Positions 45,575-58,300 of a stretch of 64,000 nucleotides of DNA are shown here, piece by piece (positions within the stretch are counted from its first letter, which is position 1; each line of letters begins with the position of its first letter). The notes beneath the pieces were generated by a model, which did no database searches, was not told where the DNA came from, and was given only the letters and a program-made list of their open reading frames with translations. The DNA is taken from NCBI GenBank assembly GCA_001687465.1, contig LVLI01000146.1, positions 1-64,000 of the forward strand. Reading direction: 5' to 3'. Made by a program: the position numbers and the translations under genes. The stretch is from Halocafeteria seosinensis (Eukaryota).

Positions 45575-47283
45575 ATGAAATGCAGGGAGCTCATTCAAGC
45601 TCATCCTCTGGTTATGACCAGGATAAGTTACTTTTGTTTGTATGCCGCAGTTTCGGTATATTTTCCATACCTGCCGATATTTTACGAGGAGCGAGTCACT
45701 GATAACTCGCAGCTGGTTGGAACTCTTCTGGCGTTTCGCCCCCTATTGATGCTCATTGCTGCGCCACTCTGGGGAGGTATTGCTGATAAGCTTAACCGGC
45801 ATAGAGATGTTCTTGTGTTCCTCCTGGCCGCAGCAAGCGTGTTTCGGTTCAGTATGTCGTTCGCAACAAATTTCCCGACAGCCATGATCCTGCTAATAGC
45901 CGCAGGTAAGAATATCACCGAAGCCAACGGCGCGTTCTTTGAGCAGGATGTTTACACGTTGAATCGTGTGCAGAACTATTTGGTGGATCCGTAAATAGCG
46001 TTATGGATTCGATTGCGCTTAAGCTTTTGGGAGATGAACGAAAAGGGGACTACGGCAAGCTAAGATTATGGGGAGCTGTCAGCTGGGGGACGTTTTCTCC
46101 CCTTGGAGGGGCAGTCATGCAGAACCTTGGCATTCTTAAAATGTTTTATATGTATGCTTTTCTGATAATTATAGCTATGGTTTGCGTGTGGTTTCTAGAT
46201 CCCCGTGATCATGAAGTCCACTATCAGCAACTAAACACAGAGAAACGTAGCGGGGAGGGTGACTCTGAAGACAGCTTAGTTAGGGAGACAGAACTTGTAT
46301 CTCCTGTCAATAACGACAAAGAAGTGGATGCATCCACATCGGCCTCAGAGGATGAACAATTCAATGCCGTCGAAATAGATGAGGAAGGGCAACCTACCGG
46401 TAGCAGTGACGAAACTCAGAAAAGCCCAAAGGGCAGCTCATCGGCTTCCTCTTCTCCAAACGATGGTGGTCAAGGAGACTACTCTTCTTCGACTAATGTT
46501 GATACGTTCTTTACCAAATTGAAGCGTTTAACAATGTCACCGACTGTGGTGACATTTGCTCTGGTAGTGTGGACGATGGGTACCCTGATGGGTGTAATTT
46601 CGAATTTTCTCTTTGTCTGGCTACAGCGCTTGGGAGGTGGCACGTTTGTTATGGGTTTGAGTTTGACATTTACGTAAGTAGTTCAGGCAGTGCATTTTTC
46701 CAGAAAAGAAATCGTTTACATCTTGTGCAGCTGCATTTCGGAAGTTCCTTTCTTCTTTTTCTCCGGAAAGGTCATTGGCAAACTAGGGCACATGACTTGC
46801 TTGACTTTGGCCTTGGTTTGCTACGGGATCCGGTTGATGTATTATAGTTACCTCGTGGAACCATACTGGGTATTACCAGCGGGTACGTCCCTATTGTTTG
46901 GCGATGCGTACAACTTCATATTCATCAAAAGCGAAGTATGCAGAACTTCTGCATGGAATTACGTTCGGTATTGGATGGGCATGTTGTGTTAGTTTTTCTC
47001 ATGAGGTGGCCCCGGAGGGACTTGAAGCTACAACGCAGGGACTCTTGGCCTCGATTCACTGGTAAGCCAAGGCGTCTATGTGTTGAAGTTGTTGTTAGTG
47101 CTGGATTCACGGTATGCAAGTTGCAGGGGCATCGGTAACGCTGGCGGTGCATTCCTTGGGGGAATCCTGTTTGACGTGGTAACTCCACGGCAGAGTTTCC
47201 GTTATTGTTTGGTTCTTGTAGGCTTAGGACTAGCATTTGTAGTGTTATCGTGGTACAAATCGAAGAGGGCACATGTCATATGA
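45575..47283 (+). CDS. MFS transporter, MFSD6/MFS_1-like; multi-exon
   Basis: YFPYLPIFY, PLWGGIADK, YGKLRLWGAVSWG and SEVPFFFFSG, with multiple TM segments and an acidic central loop. Confidence 0.88.
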
Positions 47284-47431
47284 CCAGAAATATTACACAC
47301 TATCGTGTACCTATTCCAAGTATGTATATTTCATATCCTTTTGTTACATGTAATCCTATTCCAGGTCTCTGTTTGTTATGTCAAACAAGGAGTATCCTGA
47401 ATACACTCGTCTTGGAAGAACGAGCGGGAAT

Positions 47432-48015
47432 TTACTTGGTTTCTTTAATCTCGACGCGATAGCTGGGATCACTCCATGATTGCCACAGTACAACAGCATG
47501 TACGCTGACAGGCGCAGCGGATTCGTCCAGGTTACAAGAGTCTAGAGCGTCTGAATCATCCTTGACGTCCTCCACAGCACAGGTCGTCTGCTGAAGCATC
47601 ACTGTCATTTCATACCTCATCCCAGCGACAACTTGGTGTTTGGCTGCGGTTCAAGTTGAAGGAAAGATTCCAAGCCGCTTGAGTTCCGAAGAGAGAATAG
47701 GTGCCGCAAACTTACATCTGACAACTTTTACCAGCTTACTGGCAGCTGAATCCACATATTCAGCGTTGTATGCTTTGACAACCTCCCGTGCAGCATCCTG
47801 TACATGCTGTTCAGTGCTATCGCTCTCACGGAAGCCACCAACTTTGTTGCCTCCAAGTGCCTCTGTAGTATCAAGCAGAGGTAGGTAAGAGGCATCTCCC
47901 TAGCGTAATAGATACATATGCATGGGAGAGCTTGAAGTTGGCATTACATACCGCTTGTGTGCATGCCGGAGAGCATTAGGGCGCAAAGCGCCAGCAGGGC
48001 TGATTTCAACATCAT
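47432..48015 (-). CDS. Secreted cystatin-family cysteine protease inhibitor; multi-exon
   Basis: Signal peptide MMLKSALLALCALMLSG, N-terminal VGG, QVVAGMRY motif, Cys pair and C-terminal QSW. Confidence 0.85.
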
Positions 48016-48817
48016 TGTTTGCCGTTTCGTTGTAATTCCTCAAATAACGTTCCAAGAACGCTGCAATAGGACTAGCAATTATTGATTTAGTTTCTGAGCG
48101 TCCCTGAGTGAAAATTACGGTGTCTCAATCCAGTGCTGAAGCGAAGAATGTTCAATCCAGTAACTTGATTTTGGAACTTCTTCAAGTTCAAGTGGTTCAT
48201 GCAATAACGCATGCGGCATAACATGAAGCCCAAGGGTCGATTATTGCGAAAGTAGTTACCTTACTCACATTCAGACTATTGAGGCCACACGGACAGGTTT
48301 GCTCTATCGTAAACTGAAGGGAGAAGTACATGGAATTGTCAGTTTCAGTGGTTCAGAAGTTCGACAAAGCCACTGGCCGAACTCGTAATATTCTTCTAGT
48401 GAATCAAAGCATTAATCTTATGAGACATTTTGCTAGCAACTTTCACACTCGATGTGAGGTGCTACGCGTTCCTCAGGGTGCCTCACACTCTGAGCCTACC
48501 TGCTGAACTGGAGCCTCCCAGTAATTCCCACTAATTCGGTTTGCAATTGACAGGAACATCGAAAGTTAATCATGAGACAAAAGCTATTTTGATGCTATTT
48601 GACAATGAATGATGATTCCCGTCTATAGCCGTTGAATTCCTCGGTTTTGTCTTTCGGTAGTGCGTGACTTCAACTACATAACGGGTTCAACTCTGAGCGC
48701 ATTAGAGCACAACAGTTGAAAACTTTTGGTTCCACCGTGTTGGCTCTACAAGGCACATATACAGACTATCATGTTTCTACAACAGTTTTCCTTATCGTTC
48801 GCAGCAGAGCAATAAAT

Positions 48818-51352
48818 ATGAATGTATTTACGGTATTTTGTATCGTGTTTCTGACCGCCGTAGTCCCTGCCTCTGCAAAGTGCCCCAATTTTTGTAGTGG
48901 CCATGGACGATGTGGTGGCCCCAATAAATGCGAATGCTTTGACGGGTGGGACGTAGTTGGAGATTGTTCGCAACGTATGTGAATCAACTGGATTCTTGGG
49001 GAATTTGTTGCTCTCCTTATGACTTTTTCCGGCATTACAGGATCCTGCCCGAAGGACCATGCATGGGTCGACGTCGCTAAAGGAGTGGACGACGCACATA
49101 ACCTGGCGGAGTGTTCCAATAGGGGAACATGTGACCGTGAGAAGGGAATATGTGATTGTTTTACAGGATATGGAGGGATAGCTTGCAATCGAAGTGAGTG
49201 GTACTTAGCTGTTTGCTTGGTTGCGTAGCTGCAACAACGGATCACCAACGTATTTGCAGTGATGTGCCCTAAGTCGTGTAGTGGACACGGAACGTGCCGA
49301 AGCATGCGATACCATGCTAAGAGGACCATCTTAGGACTTCCACAGTTTACTTACATTACTCCATGGGATGCTGAGATGATCTTTGGCTGCGAATGTGACG
49401 TAGGTTGGCAAGGGTACGACTGCTCTCTCCGTAAGTGTTGACTCCTGAGGAAACAGTGACAGTAATATCTGGGATAAGATCGTCGTACCACAAGTTGCAG
49501 GAACTTGCTCCTACGGAAATGACCCTTTGGTGGAGAATGAGTTGGATGAAATTCAGCTATTGCGGTGCGATGAGTTGGGAGACACAAACACGGAATTCTT
49601 TCTCGAATTTAAGGGGGAACTAACAGGTAAAATTGACGGAACGTTCACAGCAGCCGAACTACAAGAGAGTCTCGAAGTAAGGAACGCTACAGCCCTTGTC
49701 ATCCATGACGGATGAATAGTAACGCATGGTATTTGCACTACAGAAGCTTACAACTATTGAGTCAGTGCGAGTAAACATGGTCACTGACAGCGGTGTAACA
49801 ACGGTTTGCGCACTGGACGATGATTTCCCGACAGACATTTCTCGCGGGGTAATGCAGGTCACCTTTCTGAAACAGTTTGACCCGTAAGGAACAAGCATTG
49901 TTTAGCCGATTATGGAAGTGGTTTCATTTGCGCTGTTCCGGTAGTGCAGGCTCCCCCGTCTCGCTGTGCGCGACACTGAAGGAAACCCCATACCTCGAGA
50001 TCCGGATGATAGCACCAAGACTCCCCGCATTTCCACTGCTGCGTTTGGGGATGGTTTAAAGTATTTGGCTGCGGCTAATGATCGCCCGACGGTGAATTCT
50101 CAAAAAGCTACGAAGCAGTCTCTTGTTTGCTCGGGGAGAGGCAATTGCAACACGGAGACTGGACAGTGCGAATGCTACACCGGCTTCGGCTCTTCAAATG
50201 CTATGGGTGATGAAGGGTCTCGCGGTGATTGCGGTTTCGATATCGACCCTATCACTAGCTGCCCAGGGATAAATGTGGAGTGTAGTGGCCATGGGACTTG
50301 CTCTGGAAGTCCTGAATACAAGTGTACGTGTAATGTCGGATTCATAGGAGGCGACTGCAAAAAGAGAAGTTGTCCGAAGGGAAACGCGTGGTTTGATACT
50401 CCGATTGCGGACAATGAAGCTCATTCTTTGCTGGAATGTAGTGGTAAGGGTATTTGCAATAGAGATACAGGGAAATGCAATTGCCAGGATTCGTTCACAG
50501 GCGAAGCATGCGAAGAGAGTAAGTGTTAGACATTAACGGTCCTTAAACCATTCTTGTCGATAATTACTCGTTCCTTCTTGGTATGCAGTGACATGCCCCG
50601 GACAAACGCAGGAAAGTGAGTGCAGTGGACACGGGAAGTGTCTATCAATGTCCCAGCTTGCAGAATATGCAAAGGACAACGGGGTACCTATAGAGGCATC
50701 TTACGGCTTCGTTCCCGCGAATCCTAATACATGGGATGCGCGCAAGATTTTCGGGTGCATCTGTGACGAAAATTGGCAAGGTTTTGATTGTAGCCTACGT
50801 ACTTGTCCTTTTGGAGATGATTTAACGACCAGAGATCAAAGCACAGAGACTCAGAGACTCAGCTGCGTTTCCACTGGTTCGGGGTCCTTTAAATTTAGTT
50901 TCCGCGGCGAAGAGACGTCAGCTATTGACAGAGCAGGTACAGCAGAGGACATACAAACAGCATTAATGGACCTTAGTAACATTGGTGAAGTTATCGTTAC
51001 ATTCTCGAACGGCAATGAAGCTTGTCCCGCACTTGGAAATGACATTACTGTAACTTTTTTGACCGAACACGGAGACTTGCCACCTCTACAGGCTGTCGAT
51101 ATAGGGGAGAATCTTGACACATCGCACGGTCTCGGGGGACCGACATCAAGTTTCGCTGAAGAGATAGTAAAAGGGACTACAGAAAATGACGAATGCAACG
51201 GCAGAGGTATTTGTGATAGATCGACAGGCTTCTGCAAATGTTTCACAGGTTTCGGTAGCAGTGATGGGAAGGGAGGTGCCGGAGGTAGAAACGATTGTGG
51301 CTATCGGGAACCCTTCTTCCTCCGTAAAAACGGCAATACAGTTGGAGCTTAG
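48818..51352 (+). CDS. Secreted tenascin-type EGF-repeat protein, Sig1/Ocm1 (mastigoneme-protein)-like; multi-exon
   Basis: Signal peptide, then repeated CSGHG.C, AH...ECSNRGTCDR..G.C.CF.GY and WDA..IFGC.CD..WQG.DCSLR.CP.G.D units. Confidence 0.85.
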
Positions 51353-51355
51353 TTG

Positions 51356-52620
51356 TCATGACCCAAATAGTCCCATTTTCGTTGACGACGAAGAAACTGC
51401 CGGAAAGATGTGCTGCTGGAACAGATTGAGGGTGTCGGGTATCAAATCTTTTTGAGTAAAAAGATCATAGCCTTTTACATCCCTGGAAAAGAAAAGAAGG
51501 TGGGTATCATTAGAAACTGAAACTGCAGATACCACCGTCACGTACTTCTTGACATCGAACAGAATTGATTCGGCTTGCGAAAGCTTTAGGACACCAATAT
51601 CCAGCAATTTATGGATCCTATTGGGTGTACCGACGGCCAAAGGAAACTTCTTTTCGGAGCAGAACTGCTTCTGCTCTTGGAGTTTCATGTGCTTGGAAAA
51701 TAGCTTTGCCACTGCGTCGTATGCTTGTCATATATGGTACCACACTCCCAGAAAGATTTATCTCGTGGAAGACTGCACACACCTAAACATTTAATTTTCG
51801 ACAACGACTTCAACAAATTAACTGCCCGTCTAGCACTGCTTGTAACAATAATTACGCTCGGTTCACCCTGCATTTGACAAATGACATAAGCTGCACGGTA
51901 GCTATTACAACCGATATGGTAGTTGTACACATACTGTAGCCGTACGCTTTTGGCGTGTGGCCTCCCAGTTGCTCACGCTAGACTGCGAAGTTTATCGCAA
52001 ACACCTAAATGAAATGGTCGAGCATATGGCTCATACCAAATTCGACAGACTAACTTTGACGATGTCCAAAACGTTTCCATCAACATTAGTCCCTCGTTTA
52101 TGCAAATCTATAATATGTTGGGCTGTAGTGGCAGGAAGCTGGTAAGCGGATGGATCGCAAGAGGAGGTAGGTTTCTACCGCACATACCTTCTAATGCGTG
52201 TTCTTTCTCTATTGAAGAGAGTGATTCACCTCGTTTATCAAGAAATATAGTCCATATCGCTTCCGCCTGCTGTTCCGCGGTCCTCTTCGCCAACGGGGTT
52301 ATTGCTTCCTTCTCTTCCTGCGCTTTCTTCCTTTTTTTCTCCTTGATCTCCTGTAACTTTTGTTTCTTCTTCGCCTTCTTGGCACTAGCTTCAGCACTCT
52401 CCTGCCGTGCCCGTTTTCGCTCTTGGACCTCTACTTCCGCTGCTGCATCATTTTCTGTAGTCGACGCGACGCTGGGCTGATCGTCATTTCCATCGCTTTC
52501 AGACTCGTTCTCCTCACTAGACTGACTTCCCTGTGGTCCTTCGTGATCATCACTCTCGCTGTCGGAAAATGTCTGGAACTCGGGGTCTAAGGCGATATTC
52601 GTGTCTAATTCATCTCCCAT
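51356..52620 (-). CDS. CMS1: Cms1/CMSS1 90S pre-ribosome factor; multi-exon
   Basis: Acidic and Lys-rich N-terminus, PSVIIVTSSARRA, AKLFSKHMKLQEQ and AVGTPNRIHKLL. Confidence 0.85.
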
Positions 52621-53533
52621 CCTTCTGACACACGGTATTCCACAAGACTGGCAGGGCTCTGTTTACTACGCCAGAGATTGGCTGATCAAGTAGGCAGCAA
52701 GACAGTACGGTAACACTGCTTGTAGAACAACAGACAACCCTACAGTCTCTTTATATGGCATTTGTGACGAATGAAATGCAAATCAATGCCGAGCTTCACA
52801 AGGTTGAAGCTGAGCTCCTTCAGACAGAGGTGGAATGCAACGCGTATAGAAGGCAATGGGGGAAATTTTTCCATATCATATTATTGGTTAAGTTTTGGGA
52901 AAGTTGCAGTGGTTCCAAGGGAAGTGTCAGCCAAATGGAGCGGTCTCAGACAAGTGCATGTTGCAATTGATTCTGGCCATACTGGACTTTTCTGCATACG
53001 TGGCAGCTAAGCTGACGTAAGATAATCACTACCTTAAAAATACCAAAAAGAAGAAAATACATCCCGATCTCCCTCATATTATCTACCGTTCCCGAAGAAC
53101 CTCATCCGTTGTACAATTCGTACGCAACCGAACAAACAAATATGCGAGTTGATGTTGGTCTGTTTCAGAGGTCTTCCGTAGATTCCAGAGCATCTTCTGA
53201 GGGGAGCAGGATAGATGGGAACACGTATATGTGCGTGTGTGAGTGGTTCGCACACCTTTTGTGTCATATACATAGTGGTCTGCTGTTTGTTGGCGAGTAG
53301 AGCGACAGTAGAGCGTACAAGCTGTAGAAGACACGTCGACCTTCGCCTTTGTTTCTAATATATTGCATCCTAGAGAGGCAGTTGGTTGTATATAGTCACG
53401 CTGAGGCTTTTTCATCCTTCTCTCTACTATTTGGCGTTGGGTTGGTATCTGATAAGACTTCGAATTGGACCTAAATACCCGAAGGAATTGGAAGAGAAAG
53501 TCAAACGACAGTCATCGGGGAGTGGTGAATAAA

Positions 53534-56500
53534 ATGAAGAAATCCACCAAGGCGGTGCACGGGGTTAATTTAAGTTCACGTCAAAAGACTAAGCAGCAAG
53601 CCCCACAGACACGTACGTTGATCATGTAGACATAGTGGCTTCCTTTTGTGATGCGCCCAGCCCGACAAAAAGGGTTGTCGGGGGACCCGCAGAGGGAACG
53701 AAACGCTTGTATAAAGACAACGCATTTCCTTGTCGTTATGGGCTTTTGCGGATAGTTGAAGGCTTCTTTGGTTGTAAATACATTTGAATATCTTAAAAGT
53801 TTGGTTTCATGCGTCTGTTTGCAGAAATAAGAGTCACCGGCAACGCGCGCATCCCTTTACCATCCCGTCCACGGCCTGTGAGTACTCCTTCATTAAGAGC
53901 TGAACACGAATCGGATGGGAAATTAACGTTTAGTTCCTCTTCATGGTCGACTGAGCCATCGAGTAAGACGAATGGCCAGAGCGATAGCAATACGCCTACC
54001 GCTGGAGCTTTGGGGAACTCTGGTGCATCGGCTTCTGTGTCCTCGTCCTCTGCTTGGAATAAGGGAGCGTCTAGTAGTCAAAGCGAGTCGCCTGCCGACA
54101 ATGGTACTACAGGTACTACTGGACCGCTTGCAGGCCCAAGCCCTTCTTATGTTGCCCCAACAGTATCTACAAGCGGTGAAGACGGACTAACAGTTGGACG
54201 ATGGGGTGATCAGTTGGTTGAAGAAAGCCCCACTGATGCCGATAGTTCTTTTGAATCTGCAGCGTTTCCCGCCCTAGGATCCGAACAAGCTCGTTCGCAT
54301 ACTACCGATGGTCATGATCGATCCTTTGGGAGGAAGCAGGAGTAAGTAATCATAGGTGGAAGGTCCCCGCTATTCAGCTTTGAAACAGTTTTTGACCAAC
54401 TACTCTGCAGTTTTCACAACACTTTTCAAACGTCTGCTCGTAAGTTTGCACGGGACCCAGATTTCTCTGGTTCAAGTGAAAGATTCTCGAGCACCTATCA
54501 TGATGGGCAACACCGAAGGGGAGGCTCTCGAGAAGATGATCACAGGATGTTCCAGGAACGTAGATCCTTCGGAGATCGGCGTCGGTTTGGGGACCGTGAC
54601 AACTCTCGCCGCCGTGGTGATAGCTTCGAGTCTGCAGAACGGCCTCCCTCCCAGTTTGGGCCGAGACAGGGCCGTAACTCATCTGTTGAAAGCGGAACGA
54701 ACCGCGGAACATTCGCTGCAACTCGTCGGCAGAGCGAGGAGGATATGGACTGGTCAAGGATTCGCGCCGCCGACGAGCGTCACTCTGACTCCCCTGATAG
54801 TGATTTCGCTTCTAGGCCAGATAGCGGGACGGCAGTGAAGGAGACGTACTTGGGTGTTTCTTCGACACCTGTTGGTATAGGTGGTCTACCTACTGGACCC
54901 TCTGTCGCTCCTCTCGCCCCGCCACAGCTACAGCTTCCCGCGGACAGTGAAGAACGCAGACGCTTGGCAGAGAAACAACGCCAGGAACAGCTAGAGGCTG
55001 CTCGCAGAGAAGCTGAACTCAGGGCGAAGGAGAATTCAGCTCAACAGGTAATTTCTGAGAGCACCAGCACCGCCCAACTTGAGGCACTGAAGGCCCAACG
55101 GGAACATGAGAAAAAGGGTTCAACACGAAATGAAGCTGATAGTGCAAGTGGTCACCATCCAGCAAGACCTCCCCCTTCACTTGTGGAGAGTGATTCCGGA
55201 CGAAAGACTGTTTCGAAGAAGAATTACACCGTAACGTCAGGGGTTTCGACCCCGGCAAATGAGGCTGCTCCAACACAGTTATACAAGAGTGTTCCGCGGA
55301 TCCTTTCTCGACCTTCCGCTGATTCAACACAACCTGCCGACACTGCAACTGGCAGGCCTCGTGGTAGGAAGATGCTGTACAACCCACGCACGGGGGAGTA
55401 TGAACCCAAAGACGAAATTGAAGAAGAGGAGGGTGAAAGGGAGACAGTGAAGATACGTACGAATATATCGCATAGCTCAGGATTCACTGGAGGTTGGCAA
55501 AACCGCTCAGAAGTCGCCAAGCCCCCAACGAAAGCGGAGCCCGCTACTTCAAAGCCCCCCATAGCTGAAGCTCAGAAGAAAGAAGAAAAACCGGAAACAG
55601 ATGCTGTTTTTCCGACTGCCGTGGAGGGAAATGTATGGGCTGCTCGTAAGGCCGAGGTTGAAAAACGGAGACAGAAACAATTAGAAGAGGAGAAAAGGAA
55701 GAAGGAAGAAGCGGAGGCGAATAAAATTGCAAAGCTTCATGCAATGCAAGCTAAGAGTGCTTCGCAACGGATTTCTGCCATAAGTGCGCAAATGAACCAA
55801 GAGACGCAAGCAAATGAAGTGCCACTCTCGTCAATGGAAGGATATGTTCCAGGAGACGACGAATATGATTATTTTCGGGGGGATCCTACAGATGCAGCAG
55901 AGTTTAAAAAGCATGTGAGGAAAGTTAGAAAAGACAAGAGTGGATCGGGGGACTTCAATGGAGAAAAGAAGCACGGTGGACGAGAGCAAGAATTAGGGGC
56001 TTTGCATGAACGACGAAGACCATTGCGGGACAAAGAAAGACAAAATAGAGGTCCGCGCACCAAAGGCGTTAAGTTCCATAGACTGGAAAATGGTGAAATT
56101 GCTTCGGATAGTCCTTCTTTCGATTCAAAGTCCAAAGCTCTAGGCCCAAACACTAAGCGCCAGAACTCGAAGCCCAAGAACACGACTACTTCGACGCCAA
56201 CTACGTCAGTGAAGAGCATTGCCCACTCGGCAACAAAAAGCACGCAGAAAAACAAGAGCAAAGTAGAGTCTAGCTCTGCTTGTGTAACTTCGCACAGCTC
56301 CCACCCAGATGCTGGGAGGTCGTATCGGACGGCTCTCTCGACAGCCTCTGCCGACCAGCACGAATCTCCGTTCACTGCCCTCTCACGGAGTGAAGGGCCC
56401 AAGAAGTCTAGCAAATCCCGTGGAGGTATGAAGATGAAAGATGCAGATGAAGCAATGCGGCAAGGGTTCGTTCTTGTCGAGGAGTCTCAGTTAGGTATTG

Positions 56501-57561
56501 ACTACAGCGTAGAAGAGGGTCAATGTGAGGATTTCCAGCCGGTTAGCTACGGCGGCAAGAAAGGATCCCGTTCTAACGAGACGCCAAAGACTAAACAGAG
56601 AGGGCAAAATCGGCACTCGAACGGGAATAAGGGACCAAGCAAAAAAGCTGATAACTATAGGAAGCATTCGGAGAGTATAGGATCTACTGGCGATGCTGAC
56701 AATGTGGCCGTCCATGCTGCCACTGCAGTGTTGGGAGCAGGGCATGATGAAGCCGACGGCTCGAATTCTCAGCCATCACACCAAACACTGTTTGGAGCTC
56801 AGTCAGTAAACAACGATGGACTTCAAACCGACTTAGGAAGCGAATTTGCTCGGTTGAATACGAGTGCCAATGGGAACGGCCTTTTGGACTCCGATGCCAC
56901 AATGCTTGGTCCTCTGAGTCCTTCTTCAAATGTGTTCCAACCGACCTCTCAGTCTGCGACCGTCTCTGTTTCGGAGCCTCTTCGTAATGTAGACATGAAT
57001 CTTCACCAACGCGATAGCGTCTGGCTCGGAGGCTTTGGGGGAGTTGGTGGGTGGGACTCCAGTACAGGAGGCTCGTCTGCCCCTCAGGCAGTTGCTGCTG
57101 CGTGGGAAAGTAATGTACCCGCATCCACCTCAGCAATTTGGTCATCTCCGCCTGAAGATATGGCAAAGGAGGAAGAGACTGAACCTCTATCAAAAAGTAA
57201 GCAAAATGCACCTTCTAGGGGCCGCGGCAGAGGCTCTAGAGGCAATCAACGCGGCAAGAATGGTAAACCCCCAGGACGTGGTCGGGGGCGTGGGAAGACA
57301 AAGCCGGTTGTGTTAAGTGAATCGACTGAGAATGACAACTCAGCTGATTCCCAGAAAGACAAATGCGCCTCTTCTGAGAAGAATAATGAAGCTGGCGAGA
57401 AACAAGCGGAGGAGGGTAACAGCACTGAGATCAAGGCCAAGGCCAAGAACTCTGGTGGTCGTGGAAGAGGACGTGGTCGAGGAAACAGCACCGCTCGTGG
57501 ACGGGGACGCGGAAGAGGCCGGGGTAGAGGTAGTAGGGGTCGAGGAACAGAGAGCACGTGA
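53534..57561 (+). CDS. Large low-complexity PRRC2/BAT2-like protein with C-terminal RG repeats; multi-exon
   Basis: PRPVSTPSLRAEH resembles the BAT2_N motif PPPANLPSLKAE. Coiled-coil stretches and RGRGRG tracts. First intron 53613-53824. Confidence 0.55.
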
Positions 57562-58300
57562 GCGTGGTTGAATGGTGCGCACAGGTTGCTCTCCGCCCCT
57601 CTTGGATAAAGCGGGGCGGGTTTTTGCGAACACCCGCTTCGAATTTTCTTATGGATGGTGGTAGTGTTTCCGTGTCGATTCTGTTGATGATGTAATGCTT
57701 AAGGTATGTTGAATTGTATCCGGGACTAACGCGTATGTTCAATAGGATACAATGTGTGATAGGGTAGATACACGATCATACAATACCATGAATTATTGTT
57801 CGCCGCCTGGGTACTAAGGACTCATGACTATCGGACCCGAAGCCTCAATTAGGTTCTCAAGACAGCATCCCGTGCATTTCTTTCCTCAGCGAACTCGATC
57901 GTGTAGTTTTGCGCATAACTTCAGCATATCCACAACAACATGTAGTCTACAAGTGCCGATCCACAGTCTCACACCGTTGCCGCCAACGTCCATGAGATTC
58001 ATTTGACTCGTTAATTATTTCGACCTTATTGTAGCTAAGTTACGTCCACATATTGCGATTGAGGAATGCCTCTACATCCAAGTCCCAATGTGGCTGCTAC
58101 GTGAAGTCGCGTCTTTGACGAGATTTGGCGCGCTTGGCGAACTTCACAAGCCAAGATGGACTCGATTGTAGAATTATACATGATGCGACTTTGTGTGTAT
58201 TGACCCAGTATACTGCTACTCAACCATCGATCAAAACAGGAAAAGCTTTCATTTCTGTGTGTGGTACTGCGTTCCGTTTGGTTTTTTGTGTTTAGCTAAC

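Noticed and set aside
52755..53415. Short ORFs between CMS1 and the PRRC2-like gene
   Set aside because: No recognisable motifs or convincing splice structure; probably a divergent promoter region, although a small gene cannot be excluded.
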